From the NCBI GenBank assembly GCA_030433075.1, contig JAUILI010000003.1:9596-73595 (forward strand): DNA of 64,000 bases. The letters are read 5' to 3'. The DNA comes from Gammaproteobacteria bacterium (GTDB lineage: Bacteria > Pseudomonadota > Gammaproteobacteria > Pseudomonadales > Azotimanducaceae). The notes under the pieces were generated by a model that did not search any database, was not told where the DNA came from, and saw nothing but the letters and a program-made list of their open reading frames with translations. This document shows positions 9,064-18,711 of this stretch, in pieces. Numbering within the stretch: position 1 is the first letter of the stretch; the number at the start of each line of letters is the position of its first letter. A program made the translations under genes and the position numbers.

Positions 9064-9079
9064 GGGCACAGCCCTTGCA
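9064..9079 (+). promoter_or_regulatory. Sigma54-type -24/-12 promoter upstream of flhA
   Basis: GGGCAC-AGCCC-TTGCA, near-perfect against TGGCAC-N5-TTGCA. It lies about 79 nt upstream of the flhA GTG, in a 189-bp AT-richer gap. Confidence 0.6.
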
Positions 9080-9157
9080 AACTTTCCAGGGAACGCAAGC
9101 GCGCGCCAAAAATTTGGCCGCTACTTGGAAAAGCGCTAACTCGGCAAGGACGGCCCC

Positions 9158-11311
9158 GTGAACGACAGCCTGACCTTTTCACCTAAATTGCTGCAGGGCC
9201 TCGGGGCGCCCGTTCTGCTTTTGGCGATGCTCTCCATGATCGCCCTGCCCTTGCCGCCCGTGGTTCTCGACCTGCTGTTCACCTTCAACATTGCCCTGGC
9301 CATGGTGGTGGTGCTCGCAAGCGTCTACAGCGCGCGACCCCTCGACTTCAGTGTTTTCCCTACCGTCCTGCTGTTGGCAACGCTACTTCGGCTTGCCCTC
9401 AACATCGCCTCCACGCGCGTTGTGCTTCTCGAGGGCCACGCCGGAGGTGGCGCCGCAGGGCAGGTAATCGAAGCCTTTGGGGAATTTGTCATCGGCGGGA
9501 ACTATGCCGTCGGGCTCATCGTTTTCATCATTCTTGTGATTATTAATTTTGTGGTGGTCACCAAGGGTGCGGGCCGGGTCTCGGAAGTGACCGCGCGCTT
9601 CACGCTTGATGCGATGCCTGGCAAGCAGATGGCGATCGACGCCGATCTCAACGCGGGCCTGCTCACCCACGACGAAGCGCGTACGCGCCGCGAGGACATC
9701 GCCCGGGAATCCGACTTTTACGGAGCGATGGATGGGGCATCGAAGTTTGTCCGCGGCGATGCCGTCGCCGGCCTTTTGATTACGGCCATCAATATTGTTG
9801 GCGGGCTTATCGTGGGCACCGCACAGCACAGCCTCGGCCTGGGCGACGCCGCTCAGCAGTACACGCTCCTGGCCATCGGCGATGGGCTCGCCGCACAAAT
9901 TCCCTCGCTTCTGTTGTCTACAGCGACAGCCATCATCGTCACCCGCGTGTCTTCCAGCGAGGACATGGGTGAACAGGTCTCGAGCCAGCTTCTTGCCAGC
10001 CCTCGGACCCTTGCCGTCACCGCCGGCGTGATCGGCGGCTTAGGCCTGGTCCCGGGCATGCCGAACCTGGTGTTTCTCGGGTTGGCGGCGCCCCTTGGCT
10101 TTATGGCGTATCGGCGGGCTCAGCGCGTCTCCGTTGAGCTCCTCCCCGATGGTGCGCCGGTTCGGCCGTCCACCTCTGCTTCCCCAGGCAGCGCCCCGGC
10201 GCTCGCACCGGCTCTGCCCAACGGTGGCAACCCAGGAGAAGAGGGCAGCGGTGAACTCAGCTGGCAGGACGTCGAAGCCGTAGACGTGCTCAGCCTAGAG
10301 GTCGGTTATCGCCTCATTCCGTTAGTTGAGCGGAGCCAGGGTGGGGAGCTCGCCTCCCAGATCAAGGGCGTGCGTAAAAAGCTGTCCTCCGAGCTCGGGT
10401 TCCTCGTCCACCCGGTACATATTCGGGACAACCTCGAGCTCTCTCCCACGGCCTATCGAATCACCATCAATGGCGTACCCATGGCCACGGACGAGGTCCA
10501 ACCGGATCGGTCGCTTGCCATTAATCCCGGCCAAGTGTTCGGCGCCATCGAAGGTATCCCCGGACGGGATCCGGCCTTCGGTCTCGATGCCGTATGGATT
10601 GAGCCAGGCCAGCGGGATGAGGCCCAAGGTCTTGGCTATACCGTAGTTGATGCGGGAACGGTGATTGCCACTCACCTTGCCACCGTGGTCCAAAAGTACG
10701 CCCACGAGATGTTCTCCTTTGAAGACAGTCAGGCCCTTTTAGATCAGCTCAAGCGCACGGCGCCCAAGCTCGTTGAGGAGCTGACCCCGAAGACCCTATC
10801 CCTCGCCGTGATCACCCGGGTACTGCAGAACCTGCTCAGTGAAAGCGTGCCCCTGCGTGATCTGCGAACGATCGCCAGTACGCTCCTCGAGCACGGTGCA
10901 ACCCAGCAGGACCCAGAGGCCCTCACCGCGACGGTGCGAGCGGCCCTGGCGCGCCAACTGGGGCACGTGATTAACGGGGATGCCGAGAAGCTACCCCTGA
11001 TTACCTTGGCGCCGGGGCTGGAACAGATCCTCCAGCCCGTGGGCACAGCCCAGAGCGCTGGTGCTATGCCCCTTGAACCCACGCTCGCGGAGAAGGTGCA
11101 GAACCAATTGCTTGAGCGCGCGCGGACCTTAGAGGCGGAGGGGATGCCGGTGGTGCTGGTCGTACCCCCGGCCCTACGTACCTGGATCGCCCGCTGGCTG
11201 CGCCCCGCCGTGGAGCGGCTCCATGTGCTGTCTTACAACGAAATCCCCGATAACAAACAGCTTGAGATCGTCGCCACGCTAGGCGACGACCTAGGCATCG
11301 CGCCGGCCTGA
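9158..11311 (+). CDS. flhA: Flagellar export gate protein FlhA
   Basis: 717 aa. FHIPEP-family N-terminal membrane domain, Pro/Ala/Ser-rich linker, and a conserved cytoplasmic domain. Confidence 0.96.
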   Translation: MNDSLTFSPKLLQGLGAPVLLLAMLSMIALPLPPVVLDLLFTFNIALAMVVVLASVYSARPLDFSVFPTVLLLATLLRLALNIASTRVVLLEGHAGGGAAGQVIEAFGEFVIGGNYAVGLIVFIILVIINFVVVTKGAGRVSEVTARFTLDAMPGKQMAIDADLNAGLLTHDEARTRREDIARESDFYGAMDGASKFVRGDAVAGLLITAINIVGGLIVGTAQHSLGLGDAAQQYTLLAIGDGLAAQIPSLLLSTATAIIVTRVSSSEDMGEQVSSQLLASPRTLAVTAGVIGGLGLVPGMPNLVFLGLAAPLGFMAYRRAQRVSVELLPDGAPVRPSTSASPGSAPALAPALPNGGNPGEEGSGELSWQDVEAVDVLSLEVGYRLIPLVERSQGGELASQIKGVRKKLSSELGFLVHPVHIRDNLELSPTAYRITINGVPMATDEVQPDRSLAINPGQVFGAIEGIPGRDPAFGLDAVWIEPGQRDEAQGLGYTVVDAGTVIATHLATVVQKYAHEMFSFEDSQALLDQLKRTAPKLVEELTPKTLSLAVITRVLQNLLSESVPLRDLRTIASTLLEHGATQQDPEALTATVRAALARQLGHVINGDAEKLPLITLAPGLEQILQPVGTAQSAGAMPLEPTLAEKVQNQLLERARTLEAEGMPVVLVVPPALRTWIARWLRPAVERLHVLSYNEIPDNKQLEIVATLGDDLGIAPA

Positions 11312-11340
11312 AGCCGGCACTTAACAAGGAGTGAAGTCGC

Positions 11341-12705
11341 ATGAAGGTCAAGCGAATCCATGCCCCCGATATGCGCCAAGCCATTCGCAAGGTGCGGGAA
11401 GAGCAGGGTCCCGATGCGGTGATTTTGTCCACCAAGCGCACCGAGGAGGGCGTTGAGGTCCTCGCGGCACTTGATACCAACGCCGACGCGCTACGGGCCC
11501 GCCACACTACGCGAACGGTCAGCGCGGAACCGCGCCGGGCTCAGCGCCAAACCTTTGTACCCCAGGGGGGCGAAATCGCCGATGGCCTCGAACGTCTGGC
11601 GGCCCAACTCGAAGGCAAAAGCGCGCCCTCGAACGCTACGCCGCCCGCCCATGAGGTTGACGCGGCTCCGATCCCCGAAGCCAACGCGATCGTACCGCCG
11701 TTCCGCTCGCCGCCGGCCCCTCGTAAGTCGAGCCCCTCTCTCGAATCTTTGGCCGACGATATGGCGAGCCTTCGAGCCCTTCTGGCTCGGGAGCTGGGTG
11801 CGCTGAATCAGCGCGAATTCTCTCGGACCCAGCCTGAGCGCGCAGCGCTCATCGAGCGGGTCGAGGGCATGGCGATTGATCGGCCCCTGGCGCGTCGCCT
11901 CGTGGAGGCGGTTCCTGAAGCCTTAACGGGGCAGGATGCCTTCGATGCAGTTCTCGGTCAGCTCGCGGAGCGGCTCCCCGTTGTCGAGCAGGATCTGCTT
12001 CGTCGGGGCGGCGCGATTGCCCTCATGGGCCCCACCGGCGTGGGTAAAACCAGCTCGGCGCTGAAGTTGGCCGCGGCCTTTAGTGCTCGCCATGGGCGAG
12101 CGTCCGTTGCCTTGATCGGCGCCGATCGGGATCGCCTCTCCATGGAGCGGGAGCTCCTTGATCGGGCCGCAAGCCTGGGCATTTACACCTTGGCGGTCAG
12201 TGGCCGGGAAGGGCTTCGATCCGCCCTAGCCGACGTCGGCGATCGGCGTCTGGTGATTGTCGATACGGCCGGTTTAGGTCATCGGGACCCGCGGCTGTCC
12301 GACCAAGCCCGCTTTCTTACGGAATTCCCCGAGCTTACCCCCTATCTTGTGGTCGCCGCGCCGGCGCAGCGCAGCACCCTAGAGGCGACCATTCGCCGTT
12401 ACGGGGCCCTCCGGCCCCAGGGCTGTATTCTGACCAAGCTCGATGAAACGGCCTCCCTTGGTGAAGCGCTTACGGCCCTGACGCATTGCGGTTTGCCCTT
12501 GGCCTTTTGCACCGATGGCCAGGGTGCGGATCCCGATGCCCTTCATACCCCCCGGCCTCGCGCCCTGGTCGCGCGCATGGCAGCGCTAGCGGAAGAGAGC
12601 CTGGGGGCGGAAAAGGCCTTTGAGCTTGAGGCGCAGGAGCGCGCCTTGGCAACGAGCCCCATTACCCCCAAGGCCTTTATGCCCCGGGAGGCTCACTATG
12701 CGTGA
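11341..12705 (+). CDS. flhF: Flagellar placement SRP-type GTPase FlhF
   Basis: 454 aa. G1 GPTGVGKTS, G3 DTAG and G4 TKLDE motifs. Basic/acidic N-terminal B-domain. Confidence 0.9.
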   Translation: MKVKRIHAPDMRQAIRKVREEQGPDAVILSTKRTEEGVEVLAALDTNADALRARHTTRTVSAEPRRAQRQTFVPQGGEIADGLERLAAQLEGKSAPSNATPPAHEVDAAPIPEANAIVPPFRSPPAPRKSSPSLESLADDMASLRALLARELGALNQREFSRTQPERAALIERVEGMAIDRPLARRLVEAVPEALTGQDAFDAVLGQLAERLPVVEQDLLRRGGAIALMGPTGVGKTSSALKLAAAFSARHGRASVALIGADRDRLSMERELLDRAASLGIYTLAVSGREGLRSALADVGDRRLVIVDTAGLGHRDPRLSDQARFLTEFPELTPYLVVAAPAQRSTLEATIRRYGALRPQGCILTKLDETASLGEALTALTHCGLPLAFCTDGQGADPDALHTPRPRALVARMAALAEESLGAEKAFELEAQERALATSPITPKAFMPREAHYA

Positions 12706-13537
12706 TTATGCCGTGGCAACGGATGTGGCGTCGGCGCCAGTGAGGACCCTGGCGGTATGCAGTGGAAAAGGTGGGGTGGGTAAGACCAGCGTCTCCATCA
12801 ATCTGTCCGCTGCCCTGGCTCGGGCTCATAAGCAGGTCATGCTGCTCGACGCCGATCTCGCCATGGCAAACGCCGACGTGTTACTTGGGGTGAAGCCTCA
12901 GGGGAATCTTTCCCATGTGCTTTCGGGCGAAAAAAGCCTTCGCGAGATCATTTGTGATGCGCCCGCGGGCATCAAGCTGGTGCCCGCCTCCTCGGGGGTT
13001 ACCCGCCTCGCAAACCTGACGCCTGCGGAAAATGCGGGGCTAATCCATGCCTTCAGCGAACTCGACGATCCCCTCGATCTATTGATTATTGATGTGGCCG
13101 CGGGAATTGCAGACAGCGTTGTGATGTTCACCCGGGCCGCCCAAGAGGTATTGGTGGTGGTGTGTGACGAACCCGCCTCCCTCACGGACGCCTATGCACT
13201 CATCAAGGTGCTCTCCCAGGAGCAGCGGGTTACGCGCTTCAATGTTCTGTGCAATCAAGTGCCCAATAGCCGGCGTGGTGAAGGGTTGTTTAAGAAGCTT
13301 CAGGGGGTCTGTGATCGGTTCCTAGATGTGCATTTGACTCATCTGGGCAATGTGCCGGCGGATGACTACCTTCGCCGCGCCGTGCAAATGCAGCGGCCCG
13401 TTGTGGAAGCCTTCCCTTCCTCCCGGTCGGCTCGCGCGTTCCGCGAAATCGCGAGCCGACTGCTCAAACAGCGCCCCGTCGATCAACCCTGGGGCGGCGT
13501 TGAGTTTTTCCTCGAACGCTTGGTTGGCGGGGGCTAG
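12698..13537 (+). CDS. flhG: MinD/ParA-type flagellar number regulator FlhG (FleN)
   Basis: Deviant Walker A SGKGGVGKTS. I chose ATG 12698 (MRDYAV...), which overlaps the flhF stop by 8 nt. The ORF-track start at 12620 looks like an upstream extension. Confidence 0.9.
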   Translation: MRDYAVATDVASAPVRTLAVCSGKGGVGKTSVSINLSAALARAHKQVMLLDADLAMANADVLLGVKPQGNLSHVLSGEKSLREIICDAPAGIKLVPASSGVTRLANLTPAENAGLIHAFSELDDPLDLLIIDVAAGIADSVVMFTRAAQEVLVVVCDEPASLTDAYALIKVLSQEQRVTRFNVLCNQVPNSRRGEGLFKKLQGVCDRFLDVHLTHLGNVPADDYLRRAVQMQRPVVEAFPSSRSARAFREIASRLLKQRPVDQPWGGVEFFLERLVGGG

Positions 13538-13540
13538 GTC

Positions 13541-14326
13541 ATGACGGAGCGCACCATCGATCGCTACAAGAGTCTGGCGGCGAGCCAGCGTAAGCAAACG
13601 GAAGCGGACCTGGTGCGAACCTATGCGCCTCTGGTTAAGCGCATTGCCTTGCACCTTTCTCATCGCCTGCCGCCAACGGTGGAACTCGATGATCTTCTCC
13701 AGGCGGGCACGCTTGGGTTGCTAGAGGCAGCCCGAAAATTTAATCCCAGTGAGGGCGCATCCTTTGAAACCTTCGCGGGGATTCGTATCCGCGGCGCCAT
13801 GATCGATGAGGTGCGGCCGATGGATTGGACTCCTCGGTCTGTGCACAGAAAAAGCCGAGAATTTTCCGAGGCGGTGCGAACCCTAGAGCATCGCCTCGGC
13901 CGCACGCCGAGAGATCAGGAAGTCATGGCCGAGCTAGGCCTCGACGCGCAGCGCTATCACGACGCCTTGCGCGATGCGGCGGGCACTAAGCTCGTGAGTT
14001 ACGAGGCGATTTGCCCGCCTGGTGAGGCTCACCAGGCGACGGCCTCTGATGCCGCGTCTCCTGAGCGCGCGGCGCATCGCCGGGCCTTCAAATTGGCCTT
14101 GGCTCGGGCGATCAAGGGCTTGGGTCAGCGTGACCAGCAGCTGTTATCCATGTACTACGACGACGAACTCAATTTCCGAGAAATTGGCGAAGTGCTGTCC
14201 GTTTCCGAGGCGAGGGTTTGCCAGCTCCATGCCAAGGCCATGTTGGCCCTTCGGCGGGGGCTCCAAAGTTGGGTCGATGACAATCCCGCCGACTTAGCGG
14301 CCCTTAGGGAGGACGATTTCGCATGA
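13541..14326 (+). CDS. fliA: Flagellar sigma factor FliA (sigma28)
   Basis: 261 aa with sigma70 regions 2-4, including region 4.2 HTH LNFREIGEVLSVSEARVCQLHAKA. Confidence 0.93.
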   Translation: MTERTIDRYKSLAASQRKQTEADLVRTYAPLVKRIALHLSHRLPPTVELDDLLQAGTLGLLEAARKFNPSEGASFETFAGIRIRGAMIDEVRPMDWTPRSVHRKSREFSEAVRTLEHRLGRTPRDQEVMAELGLDAQRYHDALRDAAGTKLVSYEAICPPGEAHQATASDAASPERAAHRRAFKLALARAIKGLGQRDQQLLSMYYDDELNFREIGEVLSVSEARVCQLHAKAMLALRRGLQSWVDDNPADLAALREDDFA

Positions 14327-14715
14327 GCGGAGAAGAAAAGCGCCGTGTGCTGGTAGTTGATGACTTCGCCACTATGCGTCGGGTCGTAAAAAACCTGCTC
14401 CAGGAGCTGGGGTATAAGGCTATCCGGGAGGCCGAGGACGGTGGCCAAGCAAAGGGCATGCTCGAGGAGGGTTCCTTCGATCTCGTTGTTCTCGACTGGA
14501 ACATGCCGGGGACGCCGGGCATCGATGTGCTTCGCTGGGTGAGATCCCATGAAAGCCTTTCTAGCCTGCCTGTGCTCATGGTGACTGCGGAGGCCACCCG
14601 CGAGCAGATCATTGAAGCCGCGGAGCTCGGAGTGAACGCCTATATTCTCAAGCCCTTCACCGCGGAAACGCTGAGAAAGAAACTGGACTTCATTTTCTCA
14701 AGGATTGCGGCATGA
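14323..14715 (+). CDS. cheY: Chemotaxis response regulator CheY
   Basis: 130 aa. The full receiver signature is present: VVDDF, VVLDWNMP, MVTAEA, ILKPF. Confidence 0.93.
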   Translation: MSGEEKRRVLVVDDFATMRRVVKNLLQELGYKAIREAEDGGQAKGMLEEGSFDLVVLDWNMPGTPGIDVLRWVRSHESLSSLPVLMVTAEATREQIIEAAELGVNAYILKPFTAETLRKKLDFIFSRIAA

Positions 14716-15347
14716 AGCTCGAGCCAGAGGTACGTATGCGCTACGCGCGGTGGGCGCGGGAATTGGCAGAAGCGCTGGAAACGGGCCGTGAAGACAGCGC
14801 TGCGCAATTGCTCATGCGGTTTAATGGTCCTGGAGCCTGGGCCCTTCGGGAGGGCGTTGAGCACTATCTGCGTCGGGCCATCGAGGCGCTGGGGGCCTTC
14901 TCCCTGTCCCTTTTGGCGCTGCAGAGCAAGCATGGGGCGGCGACGCCGCCCCAGATGGAAGGCCTTGATGGGCTGACGCTCCTCGCTGAAGGGTCGGTTC
15001 ATCGTGCGCTCGATGCCCTGGAGCGAGCCTTAGGGGAACTCGACCTGCTTAGCGAAGCCTGGGCCGCGTCGCCGGAGGTCGCCCATGCTGGCATTGCGCG
15101 TATTCGCTTGGCGCTCCAGGACGTGCTCGCGACGCAGCGAATACACGATGAGCTGGGGCAGGCGGTGGGTCGTTGTGCGAACTTGGCCGAAGCGCTGACC
15201 CTACAGCTTGATGAGCTCTTTCATCGCGTTGACCATCCCTTGCCGCCCCTTTGGGGCGTCCGTGCCGAAGGCGTAGTTGGAGGGCCTCGGGAGGTTACGC
15301 AGGAACAAATTGACCGTTTGCTTCAGCAGCGTGGTAATCATGGCTGA
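14712..15347 (+). CDS. cheZ: CheY-P phosphatase CheZ
   Basis: 211 aa. Catalytic D...Q motif HDELGQ (compare E. coli QDLTGQ). C-terminal CheY-binding-like peptide TQEQIDRLLQQ. ATGA overlap with cheY. Confidence 0.8.
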   Translation: MKLEPEVRMRYARWARELAEALETGREDSAAQLLMRFNGPGAWALREGVEHYLRRAIEALGAFSLSLLALQSKHGAATPPQMEGLDGLTLLAEGSVHRALDALERALGELDLLSEAWAASPEVAHAGIARIRLALQDVLATQRIHDELGQAVGRCANLAEALTLQLDELFHRVDHPLPPLWGVRAEGVVGGPREVTQEQIDRLLQQRGNHG

Positions 15348-16368
15348 GTCCGAGCTGCTTGGTGCGTATGCCCGTGACGTCCAGCGAGGTTGCGAGGCAC
15401 TCCGGAGGGAACTCCTCCTTGGCTTGCCGTCGCCCGAGGATGGCCTCCGAAGCCGGCTTGAGATGACCCTTCACGGCATTAAGGGGGTTGCTGCAGCCCT
15501 GGCTGTGGGAGAAAGCGCGGCCCTTTGCCATGCCCTCGAAGCGCTCCTTCGGGGTGACGCAGGCGCGCGGCCCTTTGCAACGATCCTACCGGCGCTCCTG
15601 CAAGGTATTGCCGAGCTCGAGGCCCAAGGACAAGCGGCTCAGGCTGGGCTCGCACCGCCCCCGGTGAGTGCCCTCATGTTGAGCCTTTTGACCCTTGCAG
15701 TGGACGGGACGGCCTCAGAGCCCGATCGCCCAGCATGGCCCTCGGCGCTTGTGCAGCCCCAGGCTACGGATGATTTCGAAGCGCTCTTTGCGGAACACAG
15801 TAAAGTTCCAGCGCCGGTTGTGGCGGCCCCCGAGGCAGGCCTAGGAAGCCTTGAACCTTATCTCGCCGCCCAGCTGCCACCGCTCGCCTCGCGCCTAGGT
15901 AAGCAAGCGACCCTGCATTGCGCCTTGCCTGCTCTTGCACTGCCCGAAGCCCAGCTCAGCCTCCTTCGCACTCAAATTGGACACCTCCTGCGCAATGCGT
16001 TGGACCACGGAGTGGAGGCACCCGTGGAGCGGGAAGCCTTGGGCAAAGCGCCAGAGGGCAAGCTAACCTTAATCGCGCGGCAGGAGGATGGCGCGCTGGA
16101 GCTGAGCTTTGCCGATGACGGCGCGGGGATCGATGAGGGCGCGCTGCGGCAGCGCCACGATGCCGCCCGCGCGGGTGAGCCCTTGCTTGATCTACTTTGT
16201 GCGCCGGGCCTCAGCAGCCGCCGGGAGATCACTCACGTTTCGGGTCGGGGTGTGGGTCTTGCCGCCGTTCGAGCCGCCATCGAGGAGGCCGGGGGCGTGT
16301 TGTCGGTGCAAACTACCCGGGGACAGGGGACGTGCTTTACCCTTTCCCTACCCCTGGGCACCGCGTAA
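15340..16368 (+). CDS. cheA: Truncated-architecture CheA-like histidine kinase (Hpt/P1 + HATPase/P4 only)
   Basis: 342 aa from ATG 15340 (ATGGCTGA overlap with the cheZ stop). Hpt motif LHGIKGVAAAL...CHALEALL. N-box HLLRNALDHGVE, G1 DDGAGID, G2 SGRGVGL. No sequence follows the ATPase domain, so there is no CheW-like P5. Confidence 0.75.
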   Translation: MAESELLGAYARDVQRGCEALRRELLLGLPSPEDGLRSRLEMTLHGIKGVAAALAVGESAALCHALEALLRGDAGARPFATILPALLQGIAELEAQGQAAQAGLAPPPVSALMLSLLTLAVDGTASEPDRPAWPSALVQPQATDDFEALFAEHSKVPAPVVAAPEAGLGSLEPYLAAQLPPLASRLGKQATLHCALPALALPEAQLSLLRTQIGHLLRNALDHGVEAPVEREALGKAPEGKLTLIARQEDGALELSFADDGAGIDEGALRQRHDAARAGEPLLDLLCAPGLSSRREITHVSGRGVGLAAVRAAIEEAGGVLSVQTTRGQGTCFTLSLPLGTA

Positions 16369-16377
16369 GCGCGCGCG

Positions 16378-17130
16378 GTGATCGTGGAATTCCGTGTTGT
16401 TTTAGCCCTCGCCCTTGGCGTGGGGGCGCTGTTGGGCAGCGCCTATCTCGAAGGCACAGCCCTCTCCGTACTGATCGCTGGCCCCACGGCGGTTCTAGTT
16501 CTAGGGGGCACGGTGGCTGCCTGCTTGCTGCATAGTCCGCCCGGAGCCTGGGCGCCGGCATTGCGCCTGGCGCTGAAAGCCCTAGGTCGAGGCACAGCCG
16601 CCCCGGATCGCCGCGATGACTTCGTTCGCTGGGCAGGCCTCGCGCGACGCGAAGGCTATTTATCCCTGGAGCCCCTGGTGGAACGAGAGCAGGACCCAGT
16701 GGTTCGCCTCGGGCTCCGTCATCTTTTGGACGGAGGCGGGAAGGGCCGGCTCAAGGACACCCTTACCGAGGCGATTGAATATCGCGTCGCGCCATTGGAA
16801 GAAGCCGCCGGCCTCTTCGAGGCGGCTGGGGGCTACGCGCCCACTATGGGTGTCCTCGGTGCCGTGCTCGGCCTTGTTCACGCGCTTCAGCAACTCCAGG
16901 ATCCGGCAGCCATGGGTCCTGGCGTGGCCGCGGCCTTCGTGGCGACGCTCTATGGGTTAGCTCTGGCCAATCTATTGCTTTTGCCCATTGCGGGCCGATT
17001 GCGTTTACTCGCGGAACAGAGACGCCGCGCCGCCCTTGAGCTTGTGGAAGGACTTTTGGGCCTGAGCCGCCTGGAACACCCTCAGCGTCTTGCGGAGCGC
17101 CTTGCTGGCCCCCGGCAGGCCCAGGCGTGA
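16378..17130 (+). CDS. motA: Flagellar stator protein MotA (MotC-type)
   Basis: 250 aa, four-TM MotA/ExbB-type sequence. GTG start 9 nt after cheA. Followed by motB with a GTGA overlap. Confidence 0.85.
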   Translation: MIVEFRVVLALALGVGALLGSAYLEGTALSVLIAGPTAVLVLGGTVAACLLHSPPGAWAPALRLALKALGRGTAAPDRRDDFVRWAGLARREGYLSLEPLVEREQDPVVRLGLRHLLDGGGKGRLKDTLTEAIEYRVAPLEEAAGLFEAAGGYAPTMGVLGAVLGLVHALQQLQDPAAMGPGVAAAFVATLYGLALANLLLLPIAGRLRLLAEQRRRAALELVEGLLGLSRLEHPQRLAERLAGPRQAQA

Positions 17131-17774
17131 AACGCTCGGGGCAGCCCGGCGGGCGAGATCGTTGGCTCCTATCCTTCGCTGACCTGATGACCCTTCTTTT
17201 TGCGTTCATGCTTGTGCTTTACGTGGCGACGGCCTTCGATGAAGCAGATCAGGCCGCGGTGCGCGATGGCCTGCGGAGTAGCTTTGGTGGGCTGGCGCCC
17301 GGTCCCGATGCCCTCGCGCGCCTAGCGGAGACCTTGCGTCCCGAGCTTGCCCGGCTGCTTGTGCTAGACGTGCTGGCCCTTGAGCCGGATGAGCGCGCCC
17401 TTCGCATCGTTATTCACAGCCGAAAGCTTTTTGAGCCTGGAGCCGTGGCCCTGAACCCCCGTTATGACGCCCTGCTGGAAACTCTGGCGGCACGCCTGCG
17501 GGATCAACCGGTGCGCGTGCTGGTTGAAGGGCATACGGATCAAACCCCGCTCTCGGGTTCCAGCTTTCCCTCTAACCTGTCCCTATCGGCAGCCCGGGCA
17601 GCAACCGTTGGTGAACGACTACTTACGCTTGGACTTCCCAAAAATATGGTCTCGGTCGCGGGTTTTGGGGCCGAGCAACCCGTGGCCAGCAATGCTACGG
17701 GGTCGGGCCGGGGCCTTAATCGCCGGATCGTGCTTCGCATCGTCCCAAGCGTCGAGCCGGCCGCCTTTCCCTAA
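17127..17774 (+). CDS. motB: Flagellar stator protein MotB (MotD-type)
   Basis: 215 aa. TM segment with the conserved Asp (LLSFADLMTLLFAFMLVLY). OmpA-like C-terminus (GHTDQTPL...NRRIVLRIV). Confidence 0.85.
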   Translation: MKRSGQPGGRDRWLLSFADLMTLLFAFMLVLYVATAFDEADQAAVRDGLRSSFGGLAPGPDALARLAETLRPELARLLVLDVLALEPDERALRIVIHSRKLFEPGAVALNPRYDALLETLAARLRDQPVRVLVEGHTDQTPLSGSSFPSNLSLSAARAATVGERLLTLGLPKNMVSVAGFGAEQPVASNATGSGRGLNRRIVLRIVPSVEPAAFP

Positions 17775-17836
17775 CCCTTTTCCGTCGTGTATTCCCTTGG
17801 CAAGCTTGGGGTTTGTCCTGGCTCGGGGGATCGGGA

Positions 17837-18649
17837 ATGACTCAGGAAATGCTGACGGTAACCGATAGCGGAGGGGTTCGGACGCTGACTTTGAACCGCC
17901 CGGAGCGCAAGAACGCCCTTACCCCCGCCCTCGGCTGGGGCCTGGTGGCGGCGGCGGAGGCCGCAGCGAAAGACGACGCCGTGCGCGTGCTGGTGGTGAC
18001 CGGGGGCGCGCCGGGGCAAGCTTTTTGCTCCGGCGCCGATTTGGCGCGCCCGGAGGAGGCGGAGGATCCCAATCCCCAATCCCCCCAGGATCAGCATCTC
18101 GATGACATCGACTGGATCGGCCAGTTCTTGCTCGCCTTCCGCCTGCGCTGCGATAAGCCCGTGCTGGCGGCGGTGAATGGGGTCGCCGTCGGTGCGGGGG
18201 TTGCCCTGGCGCTTTGTGCGGACCTGCGCATCGCTGCGGCCAGCGCGGCGCTTCACCCCGGCTATATCCGCGCCGGCACTTCGCCCGACGGCGGGCTTTC
18301 CTGGACCCTGCCCACTCTCTTGGGGCACGAGGCGGCCCTCCGCTTTCTTTGGGATCCGCGCATGGTGCCGGCGGAAGAAGCCTGCACCCGGGGCCTGGTG
18401 GGGGAAGTGGTGGCCGATGACGTCTTCGCCGACGCGGTGGCGGCTAAAGCGGCGGCCCTGGCGGCTCTGGCACCCATCGGGGTACGCCAGACCAAGCGCC
18501 TGGTCGTGCGCGCGACCCTCGGGGCCGAGCTGGAAAGCCATCTGCGCGATGAGCTCGCCTACGTGCGTCGGGGGCTGGCGAGTGAAGATGGCCGGGAGGC
18601 GGTGAAGGCAATTTTCGGCAAGCGCACCCCGGACTTTAAGGGCCGCTAG
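17837..18649 (+). CDS. Enoyl-CoA hydratase/isomerase (crotonase) family protein
   Basis: Crotonase signature ([20 protein letters not shown]). Start chosen at ATG 17837. Confidence 0.85.
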   Translation: MTQEMLTVTDSGGVRTLTLNRPERKNALTPALGWGLVAAAEAAAKDDAVRVLVVTGGAPGQAFCSGADLARPEEAEDPNPQSPQDQHLDDIDWIGQFLLAFRLRCDKPVLAAVNGVAVGAGVALALCADLRIAAASAALHPGYIRAGTSPDGGLSWTLPTLLGHEAALRFLWDPRMVPAEEACTRGLVGEVVADDVFADAVAAKAAALAALAPIGVRQTKRLVVRATLGAELESHLRDELAYVRRGLASEDGREAVKAIFGKRTPDFKGR

Positions 18650-18711
18650 CCGGCGCCGCCCCAGCGCCCGCGCTATACTGGCGCTCTTTGGATTCACGGC
18701 AAGGAATCGGC

